This document shows positions 1-9,808 of a DNA stretch of 40,362 nt, in pieces. Source of the stretch: Bacteroidales bacterium (GTDB taxonomy: Bacteria; Bacteroidota; Bacteroidia; Bacteroidales; UBA932); contig JAGAFI010000032.1 in NCBI GenBank assembly GCA_017612675.1, positions 1 through 40,362 of the forward strand, given 5' to 3'. Position 1 is the stretch's first letter. Every line of letters starts with the position of its first letter. The notes beneath the pieces were generated by a model that worked only from the letters and a program-made list of their open reading frames with translations, made no database searches and had not been told where the DNA came from. A program made the translations under genes and the position numbers.

Positions 1-95
1 ACACCTCCGGCCCCTCGCTGAACATCCTCATCAAACTGATGTCGATGGTTTCCATCGTCATGGCCGGCCTGACGGTCAGCGCCCATTTGCTGTAA
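1..95 (+). CDS. hppA: Membrane-bound Na+/H+-translocating pyrophosphatase, C-terminal end (partial; gene begins before the window)
   Basis: Frame from nt 3 reads TSGPSLNILIKLMSMVSIVMAGLTVSAHLL*, matching the conserved (KD)TSGPSLNILIK C-terminal motif of HppA; TAA at 93-95. Confidence 0.9.
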   Translation, partial: TSGPSLNILIKLMSMVSIVMAGLTVSAHLL

Positions 96-112
96 GGCAG
101 GTGCGCGTGCAA

Positions 113-149
113 GGAGAAATGGGAGGGCCCGCGCCTTCCCATTTTCTTA
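113..149 (+). terminator. Intrinsic terminator after hppA
   Basis: AAATGGGAGGGC(117-128)-CCGC-GCCTTCCCATTT(133-144) hairpin followed by TCTT, just downstream of the hppA stop. Confidence 0.75.
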
Positions 150-294
150 TGCTTCCGCCGGAGATGGCATTTGCGGATTAACGATTTTTTCGATAACTTG
201 CCATTTTATTGGCGAGCAAGGTGGCGATTGTATGGCATGAAGCTGCGGAACAAGACAATAAAAGGAAGCATATTAACGGATTAAGGATACGGGT

Positions 295-1407
295 ATGGAG
301 AAGCGGGTGCTGGCTATCATTGGCGCCGGAGAAGGGGCACTGCCGATTATCGAGAAAGCAAAAGTGATGGGCGTGACCACCGTTGCCTTTGGCCGGAATG
401 ATTCCCTGGCCAAAGATATGGTGGATGTTTTCGTGGAAGAAAACAGCTTTGATGTCGGTTTCATGGCGGATACTTGCCGGAAACTGCACGTCAATGGCGT
501 CATGGCATCAAGCGAGTTGTCAACGGAAGTGGCGGCGCGGGTTGCGCATGAAGCCGGGCTTTTGGGAAACGATGTGACGCAGGGCTTTGGCGGCAAGAGC
601 AAATATGTCATGCGGACGAAGGTGTCGCAGTTGCGCACGGTCCGGCAACCGGGATTCCGTCTCTATGAGGAGGGCCAGGACGTCGTCTTTCCCGTGGTGG
701 TGAAAGCCGTGGATGCGTGTGGAAAAAGGGGCGTCAGCATTGCGTATGATGCGGAGGGCCTGGAACAGGCCGTCCGGCAGGCAAGGGAGAACTCTTCCGA
801 CGGAACCGCGCTTGTGGAAGAATACCTCAAAGGCGGACAGGAGTATTCCATAGAATGCCTTTCTTATGGCAAGGGAAAACACCAGATTGTGCAATACACG
901 GAAAAAGAATCTGCCGGCCCGCCCCATTTCGTGGAGATTGCCCACCACCAGCCCGCCAACCTGTCGGACGGAATGAAGGCAAAAATCGACCGGGCGGCAT
1001 GGGATATCCTGGAAGTGCTGGGCCTGAATTGCGGCATGGCCCATTTGGAAATCAAGATTATCGACGGAGAAATCTATTTCATCGAGGTTGGCGCCCGTGG
1101 CGGCGGAGACCACATTTCTGATACGCTGACCCCGTTAAGTACCGGATTTGATTATTACAAGGCTGCCATAGAATGTCATCTGGGCATTTATCAGCCCGTC
1201 CCGGTGACCAGCAAGGCCTATGCGGGCATTTATTTCCACAGCAAGCAGAATGAGCGCCTGAAACCCTTGTTCGAGCAGGCCCGGACGGCCCGGTGGTGCG
1301 TCAGGAATACTGTCGTGAAAGAAGAATTTGATGAAGCGACGGGCAATGTCGGAGCGACCAATTCCGGTTATATCATCTATTGTGCCGACCATCGGATAGC
1401 TATTTGA
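295..1407 (+). CDS. ATP-grasp domain protein (amino-acid/amine ligase-like)
   Basis: N-terminal IIGAG pre-grasp motif, PVVVKAVDACGKRGV, VEEYL, HLEIK and IEVGARGGGD ATP-grasp motifs; 370 aa. Confidence 0.85.
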   Translation: MEKRVLAIIGAGEGALPIIEKAKVMGVTTVAFGRNDSLAKDMVDVFVEENSFDVGFMADTCRKLHVNGVMASSELSTEVAARVAHEAGLLGNDVTQGFGGKSKYVMRTKVSQLRTVRQPGFRLYEEGQDVVFPVVVKAVDACGKRGVSIAYDAEGLEQAVRQARENSSDGTALVEEYLKGGQEYSIECLSYGKGKHQIVQYTEKESAGPPHFVEIAHHQPANLSDGMKAKIDRAAWDILEVLGLNCGMAHLEIKIIDGEIYFIEVGARGGGDHISDTLTPLSTGFDYYKAAIECHLGIYQPVPVTSKAYAGIYFHSKQNERLKPLFEQARTARWCVRNTVVKEEFDEATGNVGATNSGYIIYCADHRIAI

Positions 1408-1414
1408 ATACCGT

Positions 1415-2692
1415 ATGAAAGACATCAGGGGAAAACGCCTGTTGCTCCTGGGGAGCAGCGTGTGGAAAGATTTGATCAAGTCTTTTGCCGATTATTATGG
1501 GGTGAGGCTCTTTTTTGCCGGCTTGTATCCCGCCCCTTTGGACGATATCGTGGAAGCGTATTACCGGATAGATACGACCGATCCCGCCGTTATGATTCCT
1601 TTTGTGCAGGAGCACAAGTTTGACGGAATCTATATGGGCGGCAGCGAGTTCATCGTATCGCACGCATGCAGCTGGATTAACCGCCTGGGCCTGCCCTGTT
1701 ATTGCAGCAAGGAGCAGTGGGAGCTTTTGCAGGACAAAAGCCGCTTCAAAGATCTGTGTATCGCGCATGGACTGCCCGTCGTATCGAAATATGCCCTTGA
1801 TCCTGCCGATGTGGCCGGCTCCGTTCCGGAAACCGCCTATCCGGTCATCACCAAGCCGACCGACGGCAGCGGCAGCAACGGTTTCTCCGTTTGCCGCAAT
1901 GCCGAAGAATTGAAAAAAGGCTATCAGCTTGCTGCCGCCTGCTCGCCGACGGAGTCCGTGATTTGCGAAAAGTTTGTCAACAACCACGGATTGGTCGTGT
2001 TTTTCTCTTTCAGCAACGGACAGATGCATTTCGTGCTGTCGGAGGATAAGGTTCCGGTCAAGTATGAGAAGCAGGGCTCTTATGTGGCCGGCCTTTTTAC
2101 TTGCCCGAGCCGCTCGGAAAAACGTTTCCTGGAATTGTATGAAGGGAAGTTGCGGGCCTTGTTCGCGGAAATAGGCATCCGGGAGGGAACCATTTGGATT
2201 GAAATCTTCCAGGATGGCGACCAGTTCTATTTCAATGAAGTAGGCTATCGGTATGGCGGCTCTTTTTCTTTCTATTCTGTAGATTACCTGAGCGGCATCA
2301 ACCAGTTCTTTGCTGATTTGTATTTTGCGACGACAGGCGACAGCCTCCTGCACGGCTTCAAGTCGTTGATTCCGGATACGGTGCCCCGGGGAAAGCATTA
2401 TTGCATTTATCCGGTACACTGCAATCCGGGGAAGGTGTGCCGGGAAGAAGGGCTGGAGGCCATCCGGGAGAAATATGGGCGCAACCTTGTCGTCGTCCCG
2501 TACCAGAAAGCCGTCGGGGACGTCATTGCCGACACGGGGTCTTTCGGGCAGGTCTTCTGCCTGTTCCATTTCGTGTATGAAGGAAAGGAAGAGATGCGCG
2601 AAATCCTCCGCTTCATCCAGGCGACATATCAAGTACTCGATGCGTGCGGGAACAACCTTGTTTCCAATAAATTGCGCGTGCAGGAACTGTAA
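1415..2692 (+). CDS. ATP-grasp domain protein
   Basis: DKSRFKDLC, YPVITKPTDGSGSNG, CEKFV and NEVGYRYGG motifs; 425 aa; 7 nt after the previous stop. Confidence 0.85.
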   Translation: MKDIRGKRLLLLGSSVWKDLIKSFADYYGVRLFFAGLYPAPLDDIVEAYYRIDTTDPAVMIPFVQEHKFDGIYMGGSEFIVSHACSWINRLGLPCYCSKEQWELLQDKSRFKDLCIAHGLPVVSKYALDPADVAGSVPETAYPVITKPTDGSGSNGFSVCRNAEELKKGYQLAAACSPTESVICEKFVNNHGLVVFFSFSNGQMHFVLSEDKVPVKYEKQGSYVAGLFTCPSRSEKRFLELYEGKLRALFAEIGIREGTIWIEIFQDGDQFYFNEVGYRYGGSFSFYSVDYLSGINQFFADLYFATTGDSLLHGFKSLIPDTVPRGKHYCIYPVHCNPGKVCREEGLEAIREKYGRNLVVVPYQKAVGDVIADTGSFGQVFCLFHFVYEGKEEMREILRFIQATYQVLDACGNNLVSNKLRVQEL

Positions 2693-2702
2693 TTTCCGGA
2701 GA

Positions 2703-3794
2703 ATGGCAAACAAATACATCATCAGGCTGTTGTGCAAGCTTCCTCCCAGGCAGAAGCGGCGTTTTATGCTGCTGCTGGAAGGAGACAGGGTTTGGGTACA
2801 CGGAGGCGGCTCTTTCGGCGCCGCCCTGAAAACGGCTGTCGGGCGCTTTGTGCCGGCGGACCGCCAGCAGGACAAGGCCGGTATGCGGCGGCTGGTATCG
2901 GATATCAGGCGCTGTTATGTGCGGTATGATCTCCTGCCTGCGGAGTATTTCTATTTCGGGTTTGCCGGGAAGAATTGGGCGCAGCGGGACGCATATTTGA
3001 CGGATTCGGAGGAAGATGCGGTCCTGGTGAGCCGCATTGGCTACGACAAGTATCTGCAGGACCTTTCGGATAAGTATCACTTCTATGAACTGGCCCGTCC
3101 TTTTTTCCACCGGGCAATCATGCTTTTTGACGGGCATACCGAAAAAGAGGCCTTCCGGACCTTCTGCCTGCAGGTGCAGCATCTTTTCGTGAAACCGCTG
3201 GCCGGGTCGGAGGGAGACGGCTCATTCATATATGAGGCCGGTGACGACCATGCGGCGGACAGCCTTTTCGACAGGCTCTTCGTGTCCGGGAAGAAATGGA
3301 TGCTGGAAGAGCGCATCCGGCAAAGTGCGGAAATGGCCGTCTGGAATGCGTCTTCGGTGAACACGGTCAGGCTGCCGACATTCCTTACCCGGCAGGGTTT
3401 CTTTGTGCTGGCGCCCATTTTCCGGACGGGCCGGGCGGGCAGGACCGTTGACAACACGTCCGCCGGCGGGGTGTTTGCCCTGATTGATGCCCGGAGCGGC
3501 CGGATTTGTTCCGAAGGCTATGATATTTACAGCCATGTCTATGCGGCGCATCCCGATTCCGGCAAGACTTTCATGGGCGCACAGATTCCGCAGTGGGAAG
3601 CGCTTTTGAAGACGGCGGAAGCGGCGCACCGTTCTTTCCGGGGACATCCGTATATCGCCTGGGATTTCGCCCTTACCGAACAGGGGTGGGAACTGATTGA
3701 AGGCAATTGGGGACGGTTCCGCGGTGCGCAGATAGCGGGCAAGAAAGGCCTGCGGGAGCAATTCCTTCAGTATATGGACAAGTCGTCTCTTTAA
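2703..3794 (+). CDS. Sugar-transfer-associated ATP-grasp protein (ATPgrasp_ST-like)
   Basis: FVKPLAGSEGDG, LEERIRQ, SSVNTVRL, VDNTSAGG, HPDSG, IAWDFA and IEGN motifs. Start moved to ATG 2703 because the ORF-track start 2475 overlaps the previous gene; ATG 2766 is an alternative. Confidence 0.8.
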   Translation: MANKYIIRLLCKLPPRQKRRFMLLLEGDRVWVHGGGSFGAALKTAVGRFVPADRQQDKAGMRRLVSDIRRCYVRYDLLPAEYFYFGFAGKNWAQRDAYLTDSEEDAVLVSRIGYDKYLQDLSDKYHFYELARPFFHRAIMLFDGHTEKEAFRTFCLQVQHLFVKPLAGSEGDGSFIYEAGDDHAADSLFDRLFVSGKKWMLEERIRQSAEMAVWNASSVNTVRLPTFLTRQGFFVLAPIFRTGRAGRTVDNTSAGGVFALIDARSGRICSEGYDIYSHVYAAHPDSGKTFMGAQIPQWEALLKTAEAAHRSFRGHPYIAWDFALTEQGWELIEGNWGRFRGAQIAGKKGLREQFLQYMDKSSL

Positions 3795-3806
3795 TCATCA
3801 TAAACC

Positions 3807-4841
3807 ATGCGTGGAATAACCATCAGAATCATCAGCCAGGAAGAAGTGGCGGAGATTTTCAAGGGGAATGCCGATGCCATATTCGGTATCGTGGAAGATG
3901 CATTCCGAAAGTATCTGGCCGGAGCGACCCTGATGCCGGATAAAATTTCCCAGATTTTCGACGAGCAGTCGCAGAATCGCATCAATTGTATGCCGGCCAC
4001 CCTGATGGATGAAAAGGTGTGCGGAATGAAATGGGTGTCCGTCTTTCCCTCAAACGCACCGAAAGGTATCCAGAATGTCACGGGAGTCATGCTGCTTTCC
4101 GAGTTGGAAACGGGATTCCCCGTCGCCGTCATTGACGGGACGCTTTCCACCAAGATGCGCACGGCGGCGGTAGGCTGTGTGGCGGCCAGGTATCTGGCGC
4201 CCTCAAAAGTGGAGGTGGTCGGCATCATCGGTGCCGGGGAAGAGGCGCGTATGCATTTTGCCCTGCTCAAACACATGTTCCCGACCATCAAAGAGTGCCG
4301 GGTATCCTCCCGGAGCGCACAGAGTGAACAGCGTTTTGCCGAGGCGTTTCGTTCCATTGTGCCGGATGTGTCCTTCGTTACCTGCGGCAATGATTCCCAT
4401 GCCTGCGCGGGCGGGGCGGACATTATCGTCACGGCCATCAGCGGCCAGAGTCCCGTGCTGAAAGCCGCGGACATTACCAAAGGCGGCCTGTATATCCATG
4501 TGGGCGGCTGGGAAGACGAGTACGGCGTCGCGTTGAAGGCGGATAAGATTGTGGTGGATAATTGGGAGGCCTCCAAACACCGGACACAGACCATCTGCCG
4601 GATGTATAAGGAAGGACTGTTGCAAGACAGTGACATCTATGCCAATCTGTCGGATTTGGTCGGCGGGCTCCGGAAGGGCCGGGAAAACGATGCGGAATTC
4701 ATTTATTTCAATTCGGTCGGCCTGTCATACATCGACACCAATTTCGCCCATTATATCTTCCGGGAGGCAAGAAAGCGGGGGCTTGGCCGGGATGTGGTCC
4801 TGGCTGCCGGCAGCGGGGTGCATTACGAGGATTTGATATAG
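3807..4841 (+). CDS. Ornithine cyclodeaminase / mu-crystallin family protein
   Basis: CMPA, GMKWVSVFPSN, MRTAAV, NAD-binding GIIGAGEEA, ADIIVTA and FNSVGL motifs; 344 aa. Confidence 0.88.
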   Translation: MRGITIRIISQEEVAEIFKGNADAIFGIVEDAFRKYLAGATLMPDKISQIFDEQSQNRINCMPATLMDEKVCGMKWVSVFPSNAPKGIQNVTGVMLLSELETGFPVAVIDGTLSTKMRTAAVGCVAARYLAPSKVEVVGIIGAGEEARMHFALLKHMFPTIKECRVSSRSAQSEQRFAEAFRSIVPDVSFVTCGNDSHACAGGADIIVTAISGQSPVLKAADITKGGLYIHVGGWEDEYGVALKADKIVVDNWEASKHRTQTICRMYKEGLLQDSDIYANLSDLVGGLRKGRENDAEFIYFNSVGLSYIDTNFAHYIFREARKRGLGRDVVLAAGSGVHYEDLI

Positions 4842-4898
4842 GTTCAGCATCATGCAAGGCGGCTTCCGGGCCGTTTGGGCGATAAGACGTACAGGGGC

Positions 4899-6371
4899 AT
4901 GGCAGATACAAATCTAAAGCAAAAAGCGGTTTCCGGTGTCGTATGGACATCGATACAGCGATTCTCCCGGATATTCGTGAGTTTTGTCTCCAGCATTGTC
5001 CTTGCCCGTTTGCTGGAGCCGGAAGACTATGGCTGCATCGGTTTGCTGGCGATATTCATGTTGCTTGCCGATGCTTTCATCGACGGCGGATTCGGGTCGG
5101 CGCTTATCCAGAAGAAGCGCCCCACGCAGGAGGATTACTCGACCGTGTTCTTCTGGAACCTGGGCGTGTCCATTGTCATTTACCTGATATTGTTCTTTTG
5201 CGCCCCCGTTATCGCACGTTTCTATAAGATGCCCTTGTTGAGCGATGTCTTGCGGGTGCAGGGCGTCGTGCTGATTATTAACGCCCTGCAAACCGTCCAG
5301 GCCAATCAGCTGAACAAGCAGTTCCGCTTCAAGAAAATCGCGATTACCCTGACCGGGACGTCCGTGCTGACGTTGGGCATTACCATCTGGCTGGCCTACA
5401 AAGGCTGGGGCGTGTGGGCACTGGTGGCCCAGAACATCCTGTTGGTAGCTATCCCGACGCTGGTGTATTGGGCCACCAACAAGTGGTTCCCCAAGCTGGT
5501 CTTCTCCATCCGGTCGTTCAAAGAACTGTTTGGCTTCGGCGTGTATATGTTGCTGACATCGCTGGTGTCCACGGCTGTCAACAATATCCAGGGCCTGTTC
5601 ATCGGGCGGCTGTATAATCCGGCGATGATGGGCTATTATTCAAAGGCCCATTCAACGGAACGGCTGGCCTCCAATACGCTTTCGCAAGTCGTGTCCCAGG
5701 TCACGTATCCGGTGTATTCCGAACTGCAGGACGACAAGGTGCGCATCATCTTGGCCATCAAGAAGATTACTGCCGCCATCGCGTTTCTGGTGTTTCCCCT
5801 GATGTTCCTGCTGGTATTGCTGGCGCGGCCGCTCTTTATCCTGCTGTATTCCGAAAAATGGGTCGAGAGCATCCCGTATTTCCAGATGCTGTGCCTGGCC
5901 GGCCTGGCGATTTGCCTGCAGGCGGCCAATTCCCAGACCATTGCCGCCATCGGGAAGAGCAAGGAGATGTTCAAATGGGGCCTTGTCAAGCAACTCGTGG
6001 GAGTCGTGTTCGTCATTGCGGGTTTGTGGCTGTTCGGCATCAAGGGGATGCTGGCGGGCATGGTGATGAAATCGTGGCTGATTTATTTCGTCAATGCCTC
6101 CCTGGTTTCCGTGTATATCGGGTATAATATCTGGACCCAGCTGCGGGATTTGCTGCCCATATTGGTGACGGCGCTCGTTTCTTTTGCGCTCGCGTACCTT
6201 GCCGGGCGTTTCTGCGGTCTCGGCATGTACCTGAAAGGCGGCGTTGAACTGGCCGTGTTCCTCGTCCTGTATGTCGGCATCGCCTATGTTTTCAAGCTGG
6301 CCGGGATGCGGGATGTCGGCGGCATCGTGCGGCCATATATGCAGAAGTTTTTCGTAAGAGGCAAAAAATAG
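4899..6371 (+). CDS. wzx: Wzx-type polysaccharide flippase (PST/MOP family)
   Basis: LKQKAVSGVVWT, LARLLEPEDYG and GFGSALIQKK motifs with many hydrophobic segments; ATG 4899 chosen as start. Confidence 0.88.
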   Translation: MADTNLKQKAVSGVVWTSIQRFSRIFVSFVSSIVLARLLEPEDYGCIGLLAIFMLLADAFIDGGFGSALIQKKRPTQEDYSTVFFWNLGVSIVIYLILFFCAPVIARFYKMPLLSDVLRVQGVVLIINALQTVQANQLNKQFRFKKIAITLTGTSVLTLGITIWLAYKGWGVWALVAQNILLVAIPTLVYWATNKWFPKLVFSIRSFKELFGFGVYMLLTSLVSTAVNNIQGLFIGRLYNPAMMGYYSKAHSTERLASNTLSQVVSQVTYPVYSELQDDKVRIILAIKKITAAIAFLVFPLMFLLVLLARPLFILLYSEKWVESIPYFQMLCLAGLAICLQAANSQTIAAIGKSKEMFKWGLVKQLVGVVFVIAGLWLFGIKGMLAGMVMKSWLIYFVNASLVSVYIGYNIWTQLRDLLPILVTALVSFALAYLAGRFCGLGMYLKGGVELAVFLVLYVGIAYVFKLAGMRDVGGIVRPYMQKFFVRGKK

Positions 6372-6372
6372 G

Positions 6373-7527
6373 ATGGCGGGGAAAAAGGATTCAATCAGCT
6401 TGCTGTGCGTCGGCGATATCATGCCGGGCGGTGTCTTGCCGTACCAGGACCGGTACATGGCCGGGGATGTCCTGGATTATATGCGGCAATTTGATTTGCG
6501 GATAGGCACGCTGGAGTGCGGTGTCGGTACGGATTTGCCTTTCGATGAGGTGAAGTTCCGGGATGACATGAGCAATATCTATGTGCGGAACGAAGACCTT
6601 TTCCGGTTGCAGGAATTGGATATCAATGTCGTTACGCTGGCCAACAACCATGCATTCGACCTCGGGCTGGCGGGATACGAAAACGCCGTCCGGCAGCTGG
6701 ACCAGCTGGGCATCCAATACTGCGGGGCCGGGCATAACCGGGAAGAAGCGGGGCGTCCGGCTGTCGTGCGGATAAAAGGGAAAACCCTGGCTTTCCTGGG
6801 CTGCATGATAGACCCGCCCTGTGTCCGGATGTATCATGTCGCCTCCGAGACGGATTTCGGCGTATTCCAGGTGGGCATAGAAGAACTGGTGAAAACGGTT
6901 GCGGAACTGAAGACGCAATATGACTATGTGTTCGTGCTGCCCCACTGGGGGGTTGAACATACGTATTATCCTCCCGTTGATTGCAAGCAGCAGGCGATGC
7001 GGCTGATTGATGCGGGGGCGGATGCCGTTATCGGAAGCCATCCGCATCTGGTCAATCCGGTCGTGCGTTACAAGGGGAAATACATTTATTACAGCATGGG
7101 GAATTTCCTGTTCCCCGACAAATGCATACAGGCGCCCCGTCCCATGTATTATCCGGCCAGTGCGGAAGAATGCCATGCCCTGAAACGGGTGTGGACCTAT
7201 CCCTATCGGGTTCAGGGGCCGGTCGTGGCGGTCTGGCGCGGGCGGAACCGGATTGGCATGATGGTGGAACTGCAGCTGGGGCGGCGTAAAAGGATTGCCA
7301 GCCGGTACAGATTGACGCAATTGACGGCGGAAAACGTGCTGATGGCGTATTCCAGTTGTTTGTTCCGTCTTCGGATGCGTGTGCTGGGCGTCCTGATGAA
7401 ACTGCCCCGCTATTATATTGTGCGGCGGCTTCTCATTTCAAAGTATAACCTGTTTTCCGGCGTGCTGGACAAGAGCAAGGCCTGTAACATCGCCGTTGAG
7501 GCGGAAGATTATGAACATATCGGATGA
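6373..7527 (+). CDS. CapA/PGA_cap-family metallophosphatase-like protein
   Basis: VGDIM, LANNHAFD, PHWG, GSHPH and YSMGNF metal-binding motifs. Confidence 0.85.
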   Translation: MAGKKDSISLLCVGDIMPGGVLPYQDRYMAGDVLDYMRQFDLRIGTLECGVGTDLPFDEVKFRDDMSNIYVRNEDLFRLQELDINVVTLANNHAFDLGLAGYENAVRQLDQLGIQYCGAGHNREEAGRPAVVRIKGKTLAFLGCMIDPPCVRMYHVASETDFGVFQVGIEELVKTVAELKTQYDYVFVLPHWGVEHTYYPPVDCKQQAMRLIDAGADAVIGSHPHLVNPVVRYKGKYIYYSMGNFLFPDKCIQAPRPMYYPASAEECHALKRVWTYPYRVQGPVVAVWRGRNRIGMMVELQLGRRKRIASRYRLTQLTAENVLMAYSSCLFRLRMRVLGVLMKLPRYYIVRRLLISKYNLFSGVLDKSKACNIAVEAEDYEHIG

Positions 7528-8620
7528 ATCCGGTCAGAAACCGTTAAAGATGATGGGAATGCAAGCGTTTCAGAAAATAAGCCGCCGGACGATTTCGCCG
7601 ACGGTATCGTTGCTCGATGCCATGAAAGTGATGGACGAGCGGAAAGTAAAAATCCTGTTCGTGTGCGAAGGCGGGCACTTTGAGGGATTGTTGACCTTGG
7701 GCGATATCCAGCGGGCCATCATTAAGAATGTCTCGCTGAAAGAACCGGTGAGCGGCATCCTGAACAAAAACAAGGTATATGGATACCTGTCCGAAGGGAA
7801 AGAGGCTGTCCGGGAAAAGATGCGCAAGATGCGCGCGGAAGTGATGCCGGTGCTGGACGGAGCGGGGGAACTGGTGGATGTCTGGTTCTGGAATGATTTG
7901 TTCAAGGCAGCGGAACTGCAGGAGCGGGAAAAGATTGATTTGCCGGTGGTCATCATGGCGGGAGGCAAGGGGACCCGGTTGAAACCGATTACCAACGTGA
8001 TTCCCAAGCCGCTTGTGCCCATCGGCGAAAAAACCATTCTGGAAACCATTCTGGACCAGTTTGAAGGAATCGGCTGCCACAAGTTCTATATGTCGGTCAA
8101 TTATAAGGCGGACATGATGAAATACTATCTGGGCCAACTCGACCACAAGTATGACATCGAGTTTTTCCAGGAGGACAAGCCTTTGGGGACGATTGGCAGC
8201 GTGGCCCTGCTGAAAGGCCGGATTACGACCCCGTTCTTCGTGTCCAACTGCGACAGCATCAATGAACAGGACTACCGTGACGTGTATGATTACCATGTGG
8301 GCAATCACAACGACCTGACGATTGTGACCATGGTCAAAAGTTTCAAGATACCTTACGGCGTCATCGAGACCGGGGAGGATGGCCTGATGGTGGCCTTGAG
8401 CGAGAAGCCGGAATTGACCTATCAGGTAAACACCGGCGTGTATATCCTGAATCCGGCGTGCATGGAGGAAATTCCGGAGGGTGAGTTTTTCCATATCACG
8501 CACCTGATGGAAAAAATCAAGGCGCGCGGCGGTCGTGTGGGATGCTTTCCCGTGAGTGAACATGCCTGGAAAGACATGGGCGAGTGGCCGGAGTATCTGA
8601 AAATGATACAGGTTCTGTAA
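7511..8620 (+). CDS. CBS-domain sugar-phosphate nucleotidyltransferase (LegX/PtmE-like architecture)
   Basis: N-terminal CBS pair (GLLTLGDIQRAI), then IMAGGKGTRLKPIT, PKPL, PLGTIG, EKP and WKDMG. Start uncertain (7511, 7550 or 7559). Confidence 0.85.
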   Translation: MNISDESGQKPLKMMGMQAFQKISRRTISPTVSLLDAMKVMDERKVKILFVCEGGHFEGLLTLGDIQRAIIKNVSLKEPVSGILNKNKVYGYLSEGKEAVREKMRKMRAEVMPVLDGAGELVDVWFWNDLFKAAELQEREKIDLPVVIMAGGKGTRLKPITNVIPKPLVPIGEKTILETILDQFEGIGCHKFYMSVNYKADMMKYYLGQLDHKYDIEFFQEDKPLGTIGSVALLKGRITTPFFVSNCDSINEQDYRDVYDYHVGNHNDLTIVTMVKSFKIPYGVIETGEDGLMVALSEKPELTYQVNTGVYILNPACMEEIPEGEFFHITHLMEKIKARGGRVGCFPVSEHAWKDMGEWPEYLKMIQVL

Positions 8621-8632
8621 TACGGAGAAGCG

Positions 8633-9787
8633 ATGCTCAATTTGCTTTTGGTGGCGAGTTCTGCCGGGGATACCTTCATCTACAACTACGCGAAGTGGCT
8701 GAAGGCCAGTATGGATATTCACATCGACGTCTTCGAATTCTTTCCGGCGGACAAGCAGGAATACGACAGGGCGTATTATGACAGCGTCGCCCGGGCGGGC
8801 GCTTGTCCGGTCCCCAAGGTGCGGGCGCTGGTCGATCCCCTTGTGAAAGGGCGTGCGCTCCGGCGTTACCTGAAGGGGAAGCACTATGACATCATCCATT
8901 GCCAGTGGGTGACGGCGCCGATGGTCTTGCAGAAGGATATCAAGCGGCATTGCCGGAAACTGGTGCTGTCTTTCTGGGGCGGGGAGTTCAAGAAGCAGCG
9001 GGTGCTGGGCTCGAACCGGCTGTACCTGCGCGCTCTGGACCGCTTGACCCGGCAGGCGGACGGCATCATCAACGGGGTGGTCGGCAAGGACAAGCTGCTG
9101 GCAAAAATCCCCGGTTTCAAGGGGCGGTATTACCGGGGCTATCTGGGCTCTGCCCCGCTCGAAGCGCTGTTTGACCTGATGAAAGTGGAAAGCCGGGAGG
9201 CGTCCAAACAGAAATTGGGCATTCCTGCCGGCAAGACGACCGTGCTCATCGGGTACAGCGGGAAATCCATCCACCAGCATATTCCGATTATCCGGGCGCT
9301 GAAAGCGCAGGGGCAGCTACAGGCGCGCATACATCTCATCGCGCCGATGACGCGGGGGGGCGTCGGGGAGTATGTCCGGCAGGTGGAGGAGGAACTGAAG
9401 GCCTCCGGATTTTCCTATTCATTTTTCAGCGGTCGTTTCCTGTCCGACGAAGAAATCGGTCGTATCCGGAATGCGACGGACATCGCCCTGCAGCTGTCCA
9501 CTTTCGACGGTTTCTCGCGCAGTATCCTCGAATGCCTGTGTGCCAAATCCGTGCTGGTCTATGGAGACTGGCTTCCTTATGTGACCATTATGAAAGCCTA
9601 TGGCTTCGAGGGTGGCATCGCGGTCTCGGGCATAGAAGACTGTGCGGCCCGCCTGGGTGGGATTGCCGCCAAACTGGATGATTTCAAGGAGATTGCGGAG
9701 AGGGATTCGGAAAACGGGCGTCACCAGGCCATCTGGTCGGAATGTATCAAAGACTGGGTGGCGGCATACAACGATTTGTTGGCGTAA
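8633..9787 (+). CDS. GT-B glycosyltransferase, WecF/GT56-like
   Basis: YDIIHCQW and LSFWGGE, plus VLIGYSG..HQH..II and LIAPM..G..EY segments that recall the ILVGNSG..N.H and IVPMGY segments of WecF; last gene of the polysaccharide cluster. Confidence 0.65.
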   Translation: MLNLLLVASSAGDTFIYNYAKWLKASMDIHIDVFEFFPADKQEYDRAYYDSVARAGACPVPKVRALVDPLVKGRALRRYLKGKHYDIIHCQWVTAPMVLQKDIKRHCRKLVLSFWGGEFKKQRVLGSNRLYLRALDRLTRQADGIINGVVGKDKLLAKIPGFKGRYYRGYLGSAPLEALFDLMKVESREASKQKLGIPAGKTTVLIGYSGKSIHQHIPIIRALKAQGQLQARIHLIAPMTRGGVGEYVRQVEEELKASGFSYSFFSGRFLSDEEIGRIRNATDIALQLSTFDGFSRSILECLCAKSVLVYGDWLPYVTIMKAYGFEGGIAVSGIEDCAARLGGIAAKLDDFKEIAERDSENGRHQAIWSECIKDWVAAYNDLLA

Positions 9788-9808
9788 GAAGCCGGAAAGG
9801 GCCGCCCT

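Noticed and set aside
170-201. Possible promoter for the glycan cluster (TTTG 170-173, TAACTTGC 194-201)
   Set aside because: The -7 element deviates from TAnnTTTG; too weak to call.
6373-7527. Poly-gamma-glutamate capsule system suggested by the CapA-family gene
   Set aside because: No CapB/CapC-like synthetase genes are present; CapA-like metallophosphatases are common in Wzx glycan loci.
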